Shown in pieces: positions 8,508-17,358 of a DNA stretch of 64,000 nucleotides. Under the pieces are notes generated by a model, which was not told where the DNA came from, did no database searches, and saw only the letters and a list, made by a program, of their open reading frames with translations. Location: NCBI GenBank assembly GCA_963800565.1, contig CAWDBM010000008.1, forward strand, positions 308,111 through 372,110. The letters run 5' to 3'. The first letter of the stretch is position 1. Each line of letters begins with the position of its first letter. The translations under genes were made by a program, and so were the position numbers. Source of the DNA: an uncultured Acidobacteriaceae bacterium (GTDB taxonomy: Bacteria > Acidobacteriota > Terriglobia > Terriglobales > Acidobacteriaceae).

Positions 8508-8614
8508 GGTTTCAAAGTTTCAGAGTTTCAAGGTTTCGAAGACAAAAATCAGAGACGAATCGAATTTTGGAGCACGGCAACTTTGAAACCTTGAAACTCT
8601 GAAACCTTGAAACC
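8508..8614. repeat. intergenic tandem-oligomer hairpin (gtttcaaR units)
   Basis: Left arm ggtttcaaagtttcagagtttcaaggtttcgaag (8508-8540). Right arm caactttgaaaccttgaaactctgaaaccttgaaacc (8579-8614) is its imperfect reverse complement. Lies between pilC and pilB. Confidence 0.85.
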
Positions 8615-8641
8615 TGGCCCCACAAGAAGCGGTAAACTGGT

Positions 8642-10339
8642 ATGGCAATGGCGGATAAGAAGACAGCAGTGGTGAGCGGCGGAAATGGTGGAAAGCTGGC
8701 GCCCGGGAAACTGGTGCCCGAAGTGGCCCCCGTTACCGACGAACTGGTGCATGCGCGCGATATCGCGCGGCGCTACCGCTGCGAATTTATCGATCTGAGC
8801 GATTTCCAGCTGCACCATGATCTGTTTGAAAAGATTCCGGTGCACCTGATGTTCCGCTATAACTTCGTGCCGCTCGATGAAACTCCAGACGGGCGCCTGG
8901 CGATTGCCATCGCCGATCCCAGCCAGCTGATGATGATCGACGAGATCAGCCTGCTGCTCGGCAAGCGCATCCTGACCAAAGTTTCAACGCTCAAGCAGAT
9001 CTCCGACATCCTGAAGAAGACCGAGCAGTCTAAGCGCGTGCTCGAAGACGCGAGCGAGGGATTCACGCTCGACGTGATCCGCGAGGACGAGGCCGGGAAC
9101 GACGAAACCATTTCCATCGACAAGCTGACGGCGACGGCGGGCGCGGACATGAGCCCCATCATCCGCCTGGTCGATACCACGATTTTCACCGCCCTTCAGC
9201 GGCGGGCAAGCGACATACACATCGAGACGCGCGACGATTCGGTGTACATCAAGTTTCGTATTGACGGCGTGCTCACCAACGCCATGCCGCCGATCGGCAA
9301 AGAGCATCACTCGACCATCATTTCGCGCATCAAGGTCATGAGCGAGCTCGACATCTCCGAGCGCCGCGTGCCGCAGGACGGCCGCTTCCGCGTGAAATAT
9401 AACGGACGCGCCATCGACTTCCGTGTTTCGATTATGCCGTCGATTCACGGCGAAGACGCGGTGCTTCGCGTGCTCGATAAAGAGTCGATGAGCGAAAAGT
9501 TTAAGAAGCTCACGCTCGAAGTGGTTGGGTTCGACGAAGATGATTTGCGCCGCTTCCGCCGTTACATCAAGGAACCCTACGGCATGGTGCTGGTCACCGG
9601 CCCGACTGGCAGCGGCAAAACGACCACGCTTTATGCGGCGGTCAATGAGATTAAAACCGACGAAGATAAGATCATCACCATCGAAGATCCGGTCGAGTAT
9701 CAACTGCGAGGGATCACGCAGATTCCGGTCAACGAGAAAAAGGGACTAACCTTTGCGCGCGGCCTGCGATCGATTCTGCGCCACGATCCGGACAAAATCA
9801 TGGTCGGCGAAATTCGCGACAACGAAACGGCGCAGATCGCAATCCAATCGGCGCTGACCGGCCACCTCGTATTCACGACCGTCCATGCCAACAACGTGGT
9901 CGACGTGCTCGGGCGTTTCTTGAACATGGGAGTCGAGCCTTACAACTTCGTTTCGGCGCTGAACTGCATTCTGGCGCAGCGACTGGTCAGGGTGATCTGC
10001 GATTCCTGCCGTACGGCAGTGCATTATCCGGATGAAGCGCTTGAGGCGAGCGGCCTCGATCCGCAGGTGTGGTCCCAAGTGCCTCTCTACGAGGGCCAGG
10101 GCTGCATCGAGTGCGCGGGCACGGGGTTCCGTGGCCGTACCGCAATCCATGAACTTCTGGATTTGACGGATCGCATCCGCGAGATGATTCTGGAGCGGCG
10201 GCCCACGTCGGAGATACGCAAAGCTGCCCGCGAAGACGGGATGCGCTTTCTGCGCGAATCGGCGCTCGACAAGGTGCGTGGTGGATTTACCACTCTGAAA
10301 GAGATCAACAAGGTCACCTTTATTGAGACCATGCGTTGA
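8642..10339 (+). CDS. pilB: type IV pilus extension ATPase PilB (GspE family)
   Basis: Walker A GPTGSGKTTT, Asp box IITIEDPVEY, Walker B DKIMVGEIRD, His box TGHLVFTTVHAN and a tetracysteine motif CDSC...CIEC. Confidence 0.95.
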   Translation: MAMADKKTAVVSGGNGGKLAPGKLVPEVAPVTDELVHARDIARRYRCEFIDLSDFQLHHDLFEKIPVHLMFRYNFVPLDETPDGRLAIAIADPSQLMMIDEISLLLGKRILTKVSTLKQISDILKKTEQSKRVLEDASEGFTLDVIREDEAGNDETISIDKLTATAGADMSPIIRLVDTTIFTALQRRASDIHIETRDDSVYIKFRIDGVLTNAMPPIGKEHHSTIISRIKVMSELDISERRVPQDGRFRVKYNGRAIDFRVSIMPSIHGEDAVLRVLDKESMSEKFKKLTLEVVGFDEDDLRRFRRYIKEPYGMVLVTGPTGSGKTTTLYAAVNEIKTDEDKIITIEDPVEYQLRGITQIPVNEKKGLTFARGLRSILRHDPDKIMVGEIRDNETAQIAIQSALTGHLVFTTVHANNVVDVLGRFLNMGVEPYNFVSALNCILAQRLVRVICDSCRTAVHYPDEALEASGLDPQVWSQVPLYEGQGCIECAGTGFRGRTAIHELLDLTDRIREMILERRPTSEIRKAAREDGMRFLRESALDKVRGGFTTLKEINKVTFIETMR

Positions 10340-10454
10340 GGCAGAGTAACAGGTTACTCTCTGCATGACCGGGTTCCTGTTCCGGCATCCCCGGAGGTAA
10401 CTACTCTCCTCGTGACGGTTGGGAATATCATCAGACAGTAGCCGCATTGTAAAT

Positions 10455-11351
10455 ATGGCCTCCACATCCAAACACGTACGCCGACCGACGCTCGCTTGTG
10501 AAATCGCGGCCGATCGCGTGCTGGCCGGCCGTGCCTCCGACGCGGGGCGCATGGTCGAGATAGCGGCGGCTCGGGAGCTAGCTCCGGGCACGGTTGTGCC
10601 GGATTTGATGGAAGCGAATCTGCGCGATGGCGGCGCTATCCGGCAGGCGATCGAAAGCGCATTGGCCAGCGTCGGCAGCCGCTCGCGGGATGTGATTGCG
10701 ATTCTGCCCGACACCTCTGTTCGCGTGGTCCTGCTTGATTTTGAGACTCTGCCCTCGAAGCGCGATGAAGCGGAGGCCGTAGTTCGCTTCCGGCTAAAGA
10801 AGTCGTTGCCCTTTGATCCCGCCAACGCCCGCATTTCTTATCACGCGCAATCGACGGGCAAAGGCGTTCGGGCCGTAGCCGCCGTTGTTCTCAACACGGT
10901 TCTTGAGGAATACGAATCGGCATTTCGCGATGCCGGTTATAACCCGGGGATGGTGATGCCCTCGATGCTGGCGGCGCTCGGAGCGGCGGATGCCGAACGT
11001 CCCACACTCGTGGTGAAAGTCGACGCGCGCACGATCAGCATCGCGATTCTCGATCAGGAGCAACTGTTGCTCTTCCGCACCCTTGAAAATGTGCGCGGCG
11101 TGACCATTACCGGCGATCAACTGGCGGAGGAGGTTTATCCGTCGGTCGTATTTTTCCAGGACACCTACAGCCTGAATATCGAGCGCATCTACGTGGCAGG
11201 CCAATCCGAGTCTGGAGGCGCCGCGTCGGCGTTGAAAAATCAGTCGGGGGCGACCGTGGAAGAACTGGTGGCGGCAACGCAGATCGCCTCGACGACAGGA
11301 ACGGTTCCGCGATGGCGCATGGCGGGAGTTGTGGGAGCGCTGATTTCGTAG
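10455..11351 (+). CDS. pilM: PilM-like type IV pilus assembly protein (actin-like ATPase fold)
   Basis: Sits immediately 5' of PilN/PilO-like genes. Sequence (DVIAILPDTSVRVVLLDFETLPSKRDEAEAVVRFRLKKSLPF) resembles PilM. ATG 10455 chosen. Confidence 0.65.
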   Translation: MASTSKHVRRPTLACEIAADRVLAGRASDAGRMVEIAAARELAPGTVVPDLMEANLRDGGAIRQAIESALASVGSRSRDVIAILPDTSVRVVLLDFETLPSKRDEAEAVVRFRLKKSLPFDPANARISYHAQSTGKGVRAVAAVVLNTVLEEYESAFRDAGYNPGMVMPSMLAALGAADAERPTLVVKVDARTISIAILDQEQLLLFRTLENVRGVTITGDQLAEEVYPSVVFFQDTYSLNIERIYVAGQSESGGAASALKNQSGATVEELVAATQIASTTGTVPRWRMAGVVGALIS

Positions 11352-11353
11352 GA

Positions 11354-11412
11354 GCGCTATTGGCTGTTCGCTCTTGGCTTTTAGCTAAAGGCGAATAGCG
11401 AATAGCGTTTTT
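11354..11412. repeat. tandem-oligomer hairpin / likely terminator (cgctatt / gaatagc units)
   Basis: cgctattggctgttcgctcttggctttt pairs imperfectly with aaaggcgaatagcgaatagcg, followed by ttttt at 11408-11412. Confidence 0.7.
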
Positions 11413-11425
11413 GGATTTCTGATTT

Positions 11426-12004
11426 ATGCGTTTAGATATCAATCTCGCAACCCGGCCTTATGAAGATGCGCGCCAGTTTTGGCTGCGCTGGGGCTTGGGA
11501 GTCGGCGCGCTTGCCGCCTTCACCCTGTTCCTTCTCTTGTGGACGGTGAGTGAGTGGAGACACGCGGGCAGAGATCGGCAGGAGATTGCTCGTCTGAACG
11601 CGCAGATTAAGGAGCGCGACGACGAACGGATGCAGGCGCAGCTCTTTCTCGACCAGGCCGCGAATCGCAGCACGCGCGACCAATCACAGTTTTTGAATGG
11701 ACTGATTCAGCGCAAGGCGTTTTCCTGGACGCGCGTATTCGAAGATCTTGAGCAGGTCATGCCTTCGAACCTGCATGTGGTTTCGCTGCGGCCGGAATTG
11801 AACGAGCAGGGACAGGTCGAACTAAACATGAAAGTGTTGGGCGATACGCGCGAAGCGGCGGTGGACTTGGTCCATCGCATGGAAGGCTCAAAGCACTTCC
11901 AGTCCGCGCAACTGGTGGCGGAAAACCAGGAAGCGCAAGCCGGCGTAGGCGCAACGGTGGTTTCGATTTACGTTCCTGATGTGGCTGAGAGGAGCAGCAA
12001 GTAA
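11426..12004 (+). CDS. pilN: PilN-like fimbrial assembly protein
   Basis: MRLDINLATRPYE N-terminus (INL motif), a single TM and a coiled-coil periplasmic part. Positioned after pilM. Confidence 0.7.
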   Translation: MRLDINLATRPYEDARQFWLRWGLGVGALAAFTLFLLLWTVSEWRHAGRDRQEIARLNAQIKERDDERMQAQLFLDQAANRSTRDQSQFLNGLIQRKAFSWTRVFEDLEQVMPSNLHVVSLRPELNEQGQVELNMKVLGDTREAAVDLVHRMEGSKHFQSAQLVAENQEAQAGVGATVVSIYVPDVAERSSK

Positions 12005-12543
12005 TGCCCGACCTGGGAACTTCACGGCGCAAGTTGAAGATTGCGATTGGGGCGATGTTGGCCGTCGATGTGATCGCCGCGGCGGTGCTGTTTTCGCCGC
12101 TCGTCGGTTCGGCGGATTCTCGGCGGTTCCAAATCAATGAACTCAAAGCCGAACTGACGAGGAAGACGCGCGACGTGATGCCGCTGCGCCACATCGACCA
12201 GAAGCTCGTGGCGGCGAAGGGCCAGATCGGCGGATTTTACAAAGACCGCTTTGCCGCGAAGGATTCCGATCTCACCAAAGAACTCGGGAAGCTGGCGGCG
12301 GAAAATGGAATACGCATCCAACAGGCAAGGTACAAGGAGGAAGAAGCGGAAACCTCGGGAATAGTGCCGGTCGAAATCGAAGGAAGTTTTTCCGGCGACT
12401 ACCTGCAACTGGTGCGCTTCATCAATACGCTGGAGCGGTCGAAGATGTTTTTTGAAGTGGATAGCGTCGACCTGGCGGGCGAGAGCACAGGACCGGTCAA
12501 GCTGGGGATTACGATCCACAGTTATTTGCGGTCGAGTACATGA
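12004..12543 (+). CDS. pilO: PilO-like pilus assembly protein
   Basis: TAATG overlap with pilN. N-terminal TM plus coiled coil, then a ferredoxin-like C-terminal region. Call rests on synteny. Confidence 0.6.
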   Translation: MPDLGTSRRKLKIAIGAMLAVDVIAAAVLFSPLVGSADSRRFQINELKAELTRKTRDVMPLRHIDQKLVAAKGQIGGFYKDRFAAKDSDLTKELGKLAAENGIRIQQARYKEEEAETSGIVPVEIEGSFSGDYLQLVRFINTLERSKMFFEVDSVDLAGESTGPVKLGITIHSYLRSST

Positions 12544-13124
12544 AACTGGGAACTGAAAATCGGAAACAGTTGATATGGCTGGGCGTGCTGGTTGCCATCG
12601 CACTGGTATCGCTGGGGCGCGAGTTTTGGCCTTCGTCGCCGACGGCGCCACCCGCGGCGTCAACCAGCGCGGCGCCTGCTAAACCGGTGATGCGTCGCAC
12701 GGCCTCCGGAAAAATGGTGGCCGTCGTTGCACCGCGTCTCGATCCAACGCTCGATTTGAACCTACTGCGGCAGAGCGAGGAGATCAAGTACGCGGGCAAC
12801 GGAAGGAATATTTTTGTTGCGGGCTCGGTAGCGCAAATCGAACCGGTGAGGAAAAATCCAGCTCTGGACCAGCGAGCCGGCGGCCTTCAAGCCCCGCCGC
12901 CGATTCCGCCGCCGCCACCGATCAACCTCAAATTCTTCGGCTTTGCCAATCGTCCGGGAGAGACGAAAAAAGTCTTCCTGTCGCAGGGTGAAGACATTTT
13001 TATCGCGTCCGAGGGCGAGATTGTCGACCGGCGTTACCGTGTTCTGCACATCTCGCCAAACTCGGTGGACGTCGAAGACGTGCTCTACAACAACCGCCAG
13101 AACCTGCCTTTAACGCAGGGATGA
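12540..13124 (+). CDS. PilP-like protein (TM anchor, Pro-rich linker, beta-rich C-terminal domain)
   Basis: ATGA overlap with pilO. Contains PPPIPPPPPI and then FFGFANRPGETKKVFLSQGEDIFIASEGEIVDRRYRVLHI. Call rests on position. Confidence 0.5.
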   Translation: MKLGTENRKQLIWLGVLVAIALVSLGREFWPSSPTAPPAASTSAAPAKPVMRRTASGKMVAVVAPRLDPTLDLNLLRQSEEIKYAGNGRNIFVAGSVAQIEPVRKNPALDQRAGGLQAPPPIPPPPPINLKFFGFANRPGETKKVFLSQGEDIFIASEGEIVDRRYRVLHISPNSVDVEDVLYNNRQNLPLTQG

Positions 13125-13130
13125 AAATAG

Positions 13131-13219
13131 GGTTTGTAATCGATAATCTTGTAATTTGAAGGCGACGTATGCGGCAGGGTTTCAAATCACCGAATTACAA
13201 AATTACAAAATTACAAAAT
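13131..13219. repeat. tandem-oligomer hairpin (ttgtaat / attacaaa units)
   Basis: Left arm ggtttgtaatcgataatcttgtaatttgaa (13131-13160). Right arm ggtttcaaatcaccgaattacaaaattacaaaattacaaaatc (13178-13220). Confidence 0.8.
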
Positions 13220-14206
13220 CGTCAGCGCGGATACATGATGATCACGCTGATGCTGGCCCTGGCGCTGATTACAATTGGCTTGCTGGCCGTGCTGCCCGAG
13301 ATCAAACAGCAGATTGTCCGCGATCGCGAAGATGAGTTGCGGCATCGGGGCACGGCGTACATGCGTGCCATTCAACACTTCTATAAAAAGTTTGGCCGCT
13401 ATCCCACGCGGGTTGAGGAACTCGAAAACACCAACAACCTGCGCTTCCTGCGCAAGCGCTATACCGATCCCGTCAACATCGACAAGACCACGGGCAAGGA
13501 AAAAGACTTCAAATTTCTGCACCAGCAGGACATCAGCCTGAACAGTGGAATGGTCCTCGGGCAAACTCCGGGAACGAATCTGCAAGGCGGAGCGTCGGGT
13601 CTGATGGGCGGAGGCGCGCCAGGACAAGGCGGATTCGGCAGTGCCGGCGCATTTGGCGGAGGGCAGGGCGGAGTCGGCGGATTCGGGTCGCAACCGGGCG
13701 GACCGCAACAGCCGGGCAATCAAAATTCCGCCAGCGGCAATTCCGCGAATGTTGCGTCGGGCGGTTCGTCCGACACCTCTTCTTCCGGGAGCTCCGACGC
13801 GAGTGGGTCGTCTTCCTCTGGATCGGCGTCCTCGAACTCCATCAACAGCTCCAACCTTGGCGGGCCAACATTCGGAGGCGGGCCGATTCTCGGCGTAGCC
13901 AGCACCAGCAAACAGAAAAGCATTCACGTCTTCTACACCAAGAACCATTACAACGACTGGCTGTTTATTTACCTGCCCATGGCCGATCGCGGAGGCCTGC
14001 TGAATGGTCCCGTTAATCCTACCGGTGGCGTCACTTCCGGAATTCCAGGCGCAGTCACTCCCGGAATGCCCGGAATGCCTGGCGGAATGCCCGGACAAGG
14101 CGGATTTGGACAAAGTTCCTTTGGAACGGGAGGCAGCCAGGGATTGGGCGGCCAGAGTCCGCAGTCTCCAACTCCGCAAACTCCTTCTCAGCCGCCGCAG
14201 CAGTAG
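13169..14206 (+). CDS. GspG/pseudopilin-like protein with long Gly/Ser/Pro-rich low-complexity regions
   Basis: QRGYMMITLMLALALITIGLLAV followed by RGTAYMRAIQHFYKKFGRYPTRVEELE, which resembles the GspG alpha-beta core. The rest is G/S/P/Q-rich. Start uncertain (13169 versus ATG 13235). Confidence 0.6.
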   Translation: MRQGFKSPNYKITKLQNRQRGYMMITLMLALALITIGLLAVLPEIKQQIVRDREDELRHRGTAYMRAIQHFYKKFGRYPTRVEELENTNNLRFLRKRYTDPVNIDKTTGKEKDFKFLHQQDISLNSGMVLGQTPGTNLQGGASGLMGGGAPGQGGFGSAGAFGGGQGGVGGFGSQPGGPQQPGNQNSASGNSANVASGGSSDTSSSGSSDASGSSSSGSASSNSINSSNLGGPTFGGGPILGVASTSKQKSIHVFYTKNHYNDWLFIYLPMADRGGLLNGPVNPTGGVTSGIPGAVTPGMPGMPGGMPGQGGFGQSSFGTGGSQGLGGQSPQSPTPQTPSQPPQQ

Positions 14207-14241
14207 ACGTTCCCATGTCCTATAAAATCTTCGGCAAAGAG

Positions 14242-14268
14242 AAAAGCCCCGCAGAGAGCAGGGCTTTC
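14242..14268. terminator. hairpin between convergent genes, best as terminator of the minus-strand erpA-like gene
   Basis: aaagccc (14243-14249) pairs with gggcttt (14261-14267). On the minus strand the hairpin is followed by ttttctctttg. Confidence 0.6.
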
Positions 14269-14302
14269 AAAAAACCTTAAAATCAGCTCAGACGTTGCAG
14301 CT

Positions 14303-14689
14303 TTACACGTTGAACGACGAGCCGCAGCCGCAGGTGCTCTTCACGTTCGGGTTCTCGAACTTGAAGCCCGCGCCTTCGAGCGTCTCAATGTAATCGACGT
14401 GCGCGCCGCCCAGATACATCAATGACGTCGCATCGACGTAAACCTTCAGGCCGTCGAAGTCGAAAACCTTATCCATCATGCCAGCGCCGTTTTCGAAGGC
14501 CATGGAATATTGAAAGCCGGAGCAACCGCCGCCAACTACCGACAACCGCAATCCCGTTGGCACCGGCGTCTGCGAGGCCATGATTTCTTTGACCTTGGCA
14601 ATCGCGGCAGGGGTTAAGACGGGTGCCGCGGTTTTCGGCTGCACATTGGGCTGTCCATGTTGTACATCGGGTGTCGTGGTAGTCGCCAT
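14303..14689 (-). CDS. erpA: iron-sulfur cluster insertion protein (HesB/IscA/ErpA family)
   Basis: Conserved Cys pattern CSGFQY ... CGCGSSFNV at the C-terminus. Confidence 0.9.
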   Translation of the reverse strand: MATTTTPDVQHGQPNVQPKTAAPVLTPAAIAKVKEIMASQTPVPTGLRLSVVGGGCSGFQYSMAFENGAGMMDKVFDFDGLKVYVDATSLMYLGGAHVDYIETLEGAGFKFENPNVKSTCGCGSSFNV

Positions 14690-14949
14690 CGGTTAATCTC
14701 CTTGGTATCGATTCATTATAACAAAGGTCGCAACCGGCTCTGCAAGGCCTTTTCGCGAGGGGTGCGCCTTCGCGTGTATAGCCATTAGATGCCTCGGGCA
14801 AAGAAGAAGTCGCGGCCACCCCTTGCCAAGGGGTCTATAATGGTTGCCAGCAGGGGGCCGTACCCGAACGTTAGCGAAAACCACGTGGTTTTGCTGCGGC
14901 GACACAAGGCACTTCGGGAATTGGCTCGATCTCAAGTCCGGGGTGGCAT

Positions 14950-15231
14950 ATGTCTCCTATGTTCGGGCTGCTAGTCGCGTGGGGCGTACTGACGGGGGTG
15001 CTCATCATCCTCCTGATCTACCGCAGCACCCTCACCATGCACGAAGATGATTCCATTTTTCTGCATGAAACCGAATCCCAAATGCATAAAGACCAGGTGG
15101 AAGTGCTGGCCAAGATGAACAAGATCACACCCATCGTCAAGGTGCTCGGCGCCTTGTCCGGAGTCATGATCCTGGTCATTGCGGGACTATTTATTTATCA
15201 AGGGCTGAGTAACTCGACCACTCTGCAATAG
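14950..15231 (+). CDS. small two-TM membrane protein, hypothetical
   Basis: Two hydrophobic helices (LLVAWGVLTGVLIILLIY and VLGALSGVMILVIAGLFIY). No family recognised. Confidence 0.5.
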   Translation: MSPMFGLLVAWGVLTGVLIILLIYRSTLTMHEDDSIFLHETESQMHKDQVEVLAKMNKITPIVKVLGALSGVMILVIAGLFIYQGLSNSTTLQ

Positions 15232-15348
15232 CCATTCCGCTCGCGGATCCGCGGATTTTGCAGCTTGTGGGGAACACGCCAGCGCGGCGACGACGTGTCG
15301 CCCTGTGTATTGGTGAACCCTTCTTGCGATAAAATCCGCGTTCGGAAC

Positions 15349-16593
15349 ATGATCACCGACCCTCCTGCCACTCAACATGCCATCGCGATTGTCGGAGGCG
15401 GTCCAGCGGGCGCGCTGGCCGCCGCGCTGCTCGGCGCGGAAGGCAGGAATGTTCTGCTTTTCGACGAAAAACTGGCGTGGGAGAAACCCTGCGGCGGCGG
15501 AATTACGTACAAAGCCTTGCAGCGCTATCCGTTTCTGGCCGGCGCGGAAAGCGGGGGCAATCTTGTTGGACACTGCGAACTGATCAGCCCGTCCGGTCAG
15601 CGTGTGCGTTTTCAGTTGCAACATCCGGTGGCGATCTTCTCGCGATTAGCCCTTAACGGATTATTGCTGGATCGAGCCCGATGTGCCGGGCCGAGCGTGC
15701 AGATAAGAAACGAGCGCGTCACGCGGATCGAACGCGTTGGCAAAGACTGGCACCTGTTCACACCTCAGCGCGAATACCAAACCTCTTACCTGATATTTGC
15801 TGCGGGCGCGCGCAATCCTTTTCGAGCCCAGTTTATCTCGCCTATTTCGCCGAGCGACCTTATGGTCACCGCCGGCTATTTCATTCCCAGTGAAAGTTTC
15901 TCGGGCGATGGCTCTTCCCTGCTGCGGATTCAGTTTTTACGGGACATCACCGGCTACATCTGGGTGTTTCCACGCGCCGATCATGTCTCCGCCGGAATCG
16001 CCGGCAAGATGGGCGAAATCTCTACCGGCGATTTGCGGCGCATTCTGGAAAAATGGCTCGTCGAAAATCGCTTTCATCTGGATGGCGCGCGCTTTTATTC
16101 GCATATCCTCCCGTCATTTCGCGCGCAGACTTTTGAGACGCTCGAAGTCTGCGGCGATGGCTGGACAATGATCGGCGACAGTGCCGGCCTGGTCGATCCG
16201 ATTACTGGTGAAGGTCTCTATTACGCGCTTCGATCGGCGGAGTTGTGCGCCGACGCCCTACTGGCCGGACAACCTGACGGATATCAGAGTCAACTGGCAG
16301 AAGAGATATTGCCGGAATTGCGACTCGCCGCTCGCTTGTCACAGCGTTTTTACAACGGGCAAGTCTTCGGCGACCGCGTGCTGGAACGAATGGTGGCTTT
16401 GACCGCGCAAAGCGCTAGCTTCCGCGAATTGATGAGCGACCTTTTCGCGGGGATTCAAGGCTATGGCGATTTGCGGGCGCGGCTCTATCGAATTTTGCCG
16501 GCGGTGCTGAAGGAAGGCTTGGCTGGAACCTTCGGCTGGACTTGGAATAAAACCGGTGGCTCGGAATACGCTGCCGATCCGTTGGCTGAATAA
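15349..16593 (+). CDS. geranylgeranyl reductase family FAD-dependent oxidoreductase
   Basis: Dinucleotide-binding motif IAIVGGGPAGALAA and GDSAGLVDPITGEGLYYAL. ATG 15349 chosen. Confidence 0.85.
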   Translation: MITDPPATQHAIAIVGGGPAGALAAALLGAEGRNVLLFDEKLAWEKPCGGGITYKALQRYPFLAGAESGGNLVGHCELISPSGQRVRFQLQHPVAIFSRLALNGLLLDRARCAGPSVQIRNERVTRIERVGKDWHLFTPQREYQTSYLIFAAGARNPFRAQFISPISPSDLMVTAGYFIPSESFSGDGSSLLRIQFLRDITGYIWVFPRADHVSAGIAGKMGEISTGDLRRILEKWLVENRFHLDGARFYSHILPSFRAQTFETLEVCGDGWTMIGDSAGLVDPITGEGLYYALRSAELCADALLAGQPDGYQSQLAEEILPELRLAARLSQRFYNGQVFGDRVLERMVALTAQSASFRELMSDLFAGIQGYGDLRARLYRILPAVLKEGLAGTFGWTWNKTGGSEYAADPLAE

Positions 16594-16646
16594 GCACTCC
16601 GAAGTATCAATGCTGTTTGCGACCTATCGCGCCCGTTGCGAAGTCG

Positions 16647-16717
16647 TTAACCACAAAGGCCACGAAGGTTTCAGTCTTAGCTTTCCTTCGTGAACCTTCG
16701 TGGCCTTAGTGGTTTAA
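16647..16717. repeat. long hairpin between convergent genes (bidirectional terminator candidate)
   Basis: ttaaccacaaaggccacgaaggtt (16647-16670) pairs with aaccttcgtggccttagtggtttaa (16693-16717). Confidence 0.8.
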
Positions 16718-16735
16718 GCTTCTGTCGCGCTCGAC

Positions 16736-17203
16736 TCAGGCAGCCTTCGCTTTCATCCCATTGATATCGTCGAGCAGTACTTTCTCGTGGCCATCGGGAT
16801 TAACTTTTTCATACACCTTGACAATAGTGCACTTCGGGTCGACCACAAAAGTCGTGCGGTCCCAGAACTTCATCCCTTTCCACTCAGACTGGCCGAGGCC
16901 AAGCGCCTTCATGAGGGTGGAATTGGTGTCGGAAAGCAGTTCGATGGTAAAGGCAAATTTGTGAGAGAAGTTCTTGTGCGAGGTCACGTCATCGGAGCTG
17001 ACACCAAGAACTTTGATTCCGGCAGCGTCGAAATCGGCCTTGCTCGCCGTAAATGCCTTGCCTTGGACGGTGCAGCCGGGAGTGTCATCCTTCGGATAGA
17101 AGTAAACCACCAGCCATTGGCCTGCAAAATCGGAGAGCTTGACTGTCTTGCCGTCCTGATTGGGCAGAGAGAAATTCGGAAATGGATTACCTGCAGCGAG
17201 CAT
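16736..17203 (-). CDS. bcp: thioredoxin-dependent peroxiredoxin (Bcp, AhpC/TSA family)
   Basis: Peroxidatic-Cys motif YFYPKDDTPGCTVQ. Confidence 0.9.
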   Translation of the reverse strand: MLAAGNPFPNFSLPNQDGKTVKLSDFAGQWLVVYFYPKDDTPGCTVQGKAFTASKADFDAAGIKVLGVSSDDVTSHKNFSHKFAFTIELLSDTNSTLMKALGLGQSEWKGMKFWDRTTFVVDPKCTIVKVYEKVNPDGHEKVLLDDINGMKAKAA

Positions 17204-17265
17204 AGGGAGAGTCCTTTCTAAGTTGTTTCGTAATTGTACGAGATTGGCAAGGAGCGCAAAAGCAG

Positions 17266-17353
17266 CCCCTAGCTCTTAGCCGTTAGCTTCGCCCGACCAT
17301 CGATCGGGTTGAGAGTATCGGGCTAAAAGCTAAGGGCTGATGGCCAAGAGCCG
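17266..17353. repeat. tandem-oligomer inverted repeat (gctcttagc / gctaaRRgc units)
   Basis: cccctagctcttagccgttagcttcgcccga ... tcgggctaaaagctaagggctgatggccaagagc, with an inner hairpin cccgaccatcgatcggg. Confidence 0.65.
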
Positions 17354-17358
17354 ATTTA

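Noticed and set aside
8508-8614. Short direct repeats (here and at 5586-5640 and 13190-13217) as CRISPR arrays.
   Set aside because: The units are 7-9 nt and contiguous with no spacers. The arrays are paired as inverted repeats, and no cas genes are present.
10343-10360. Hairpin agagtaac/gttactct just after pilB as a terminator.
   Set aside because: The loop is only about 2 nt as drawn and no T-tract follows, so it is too weak to call.
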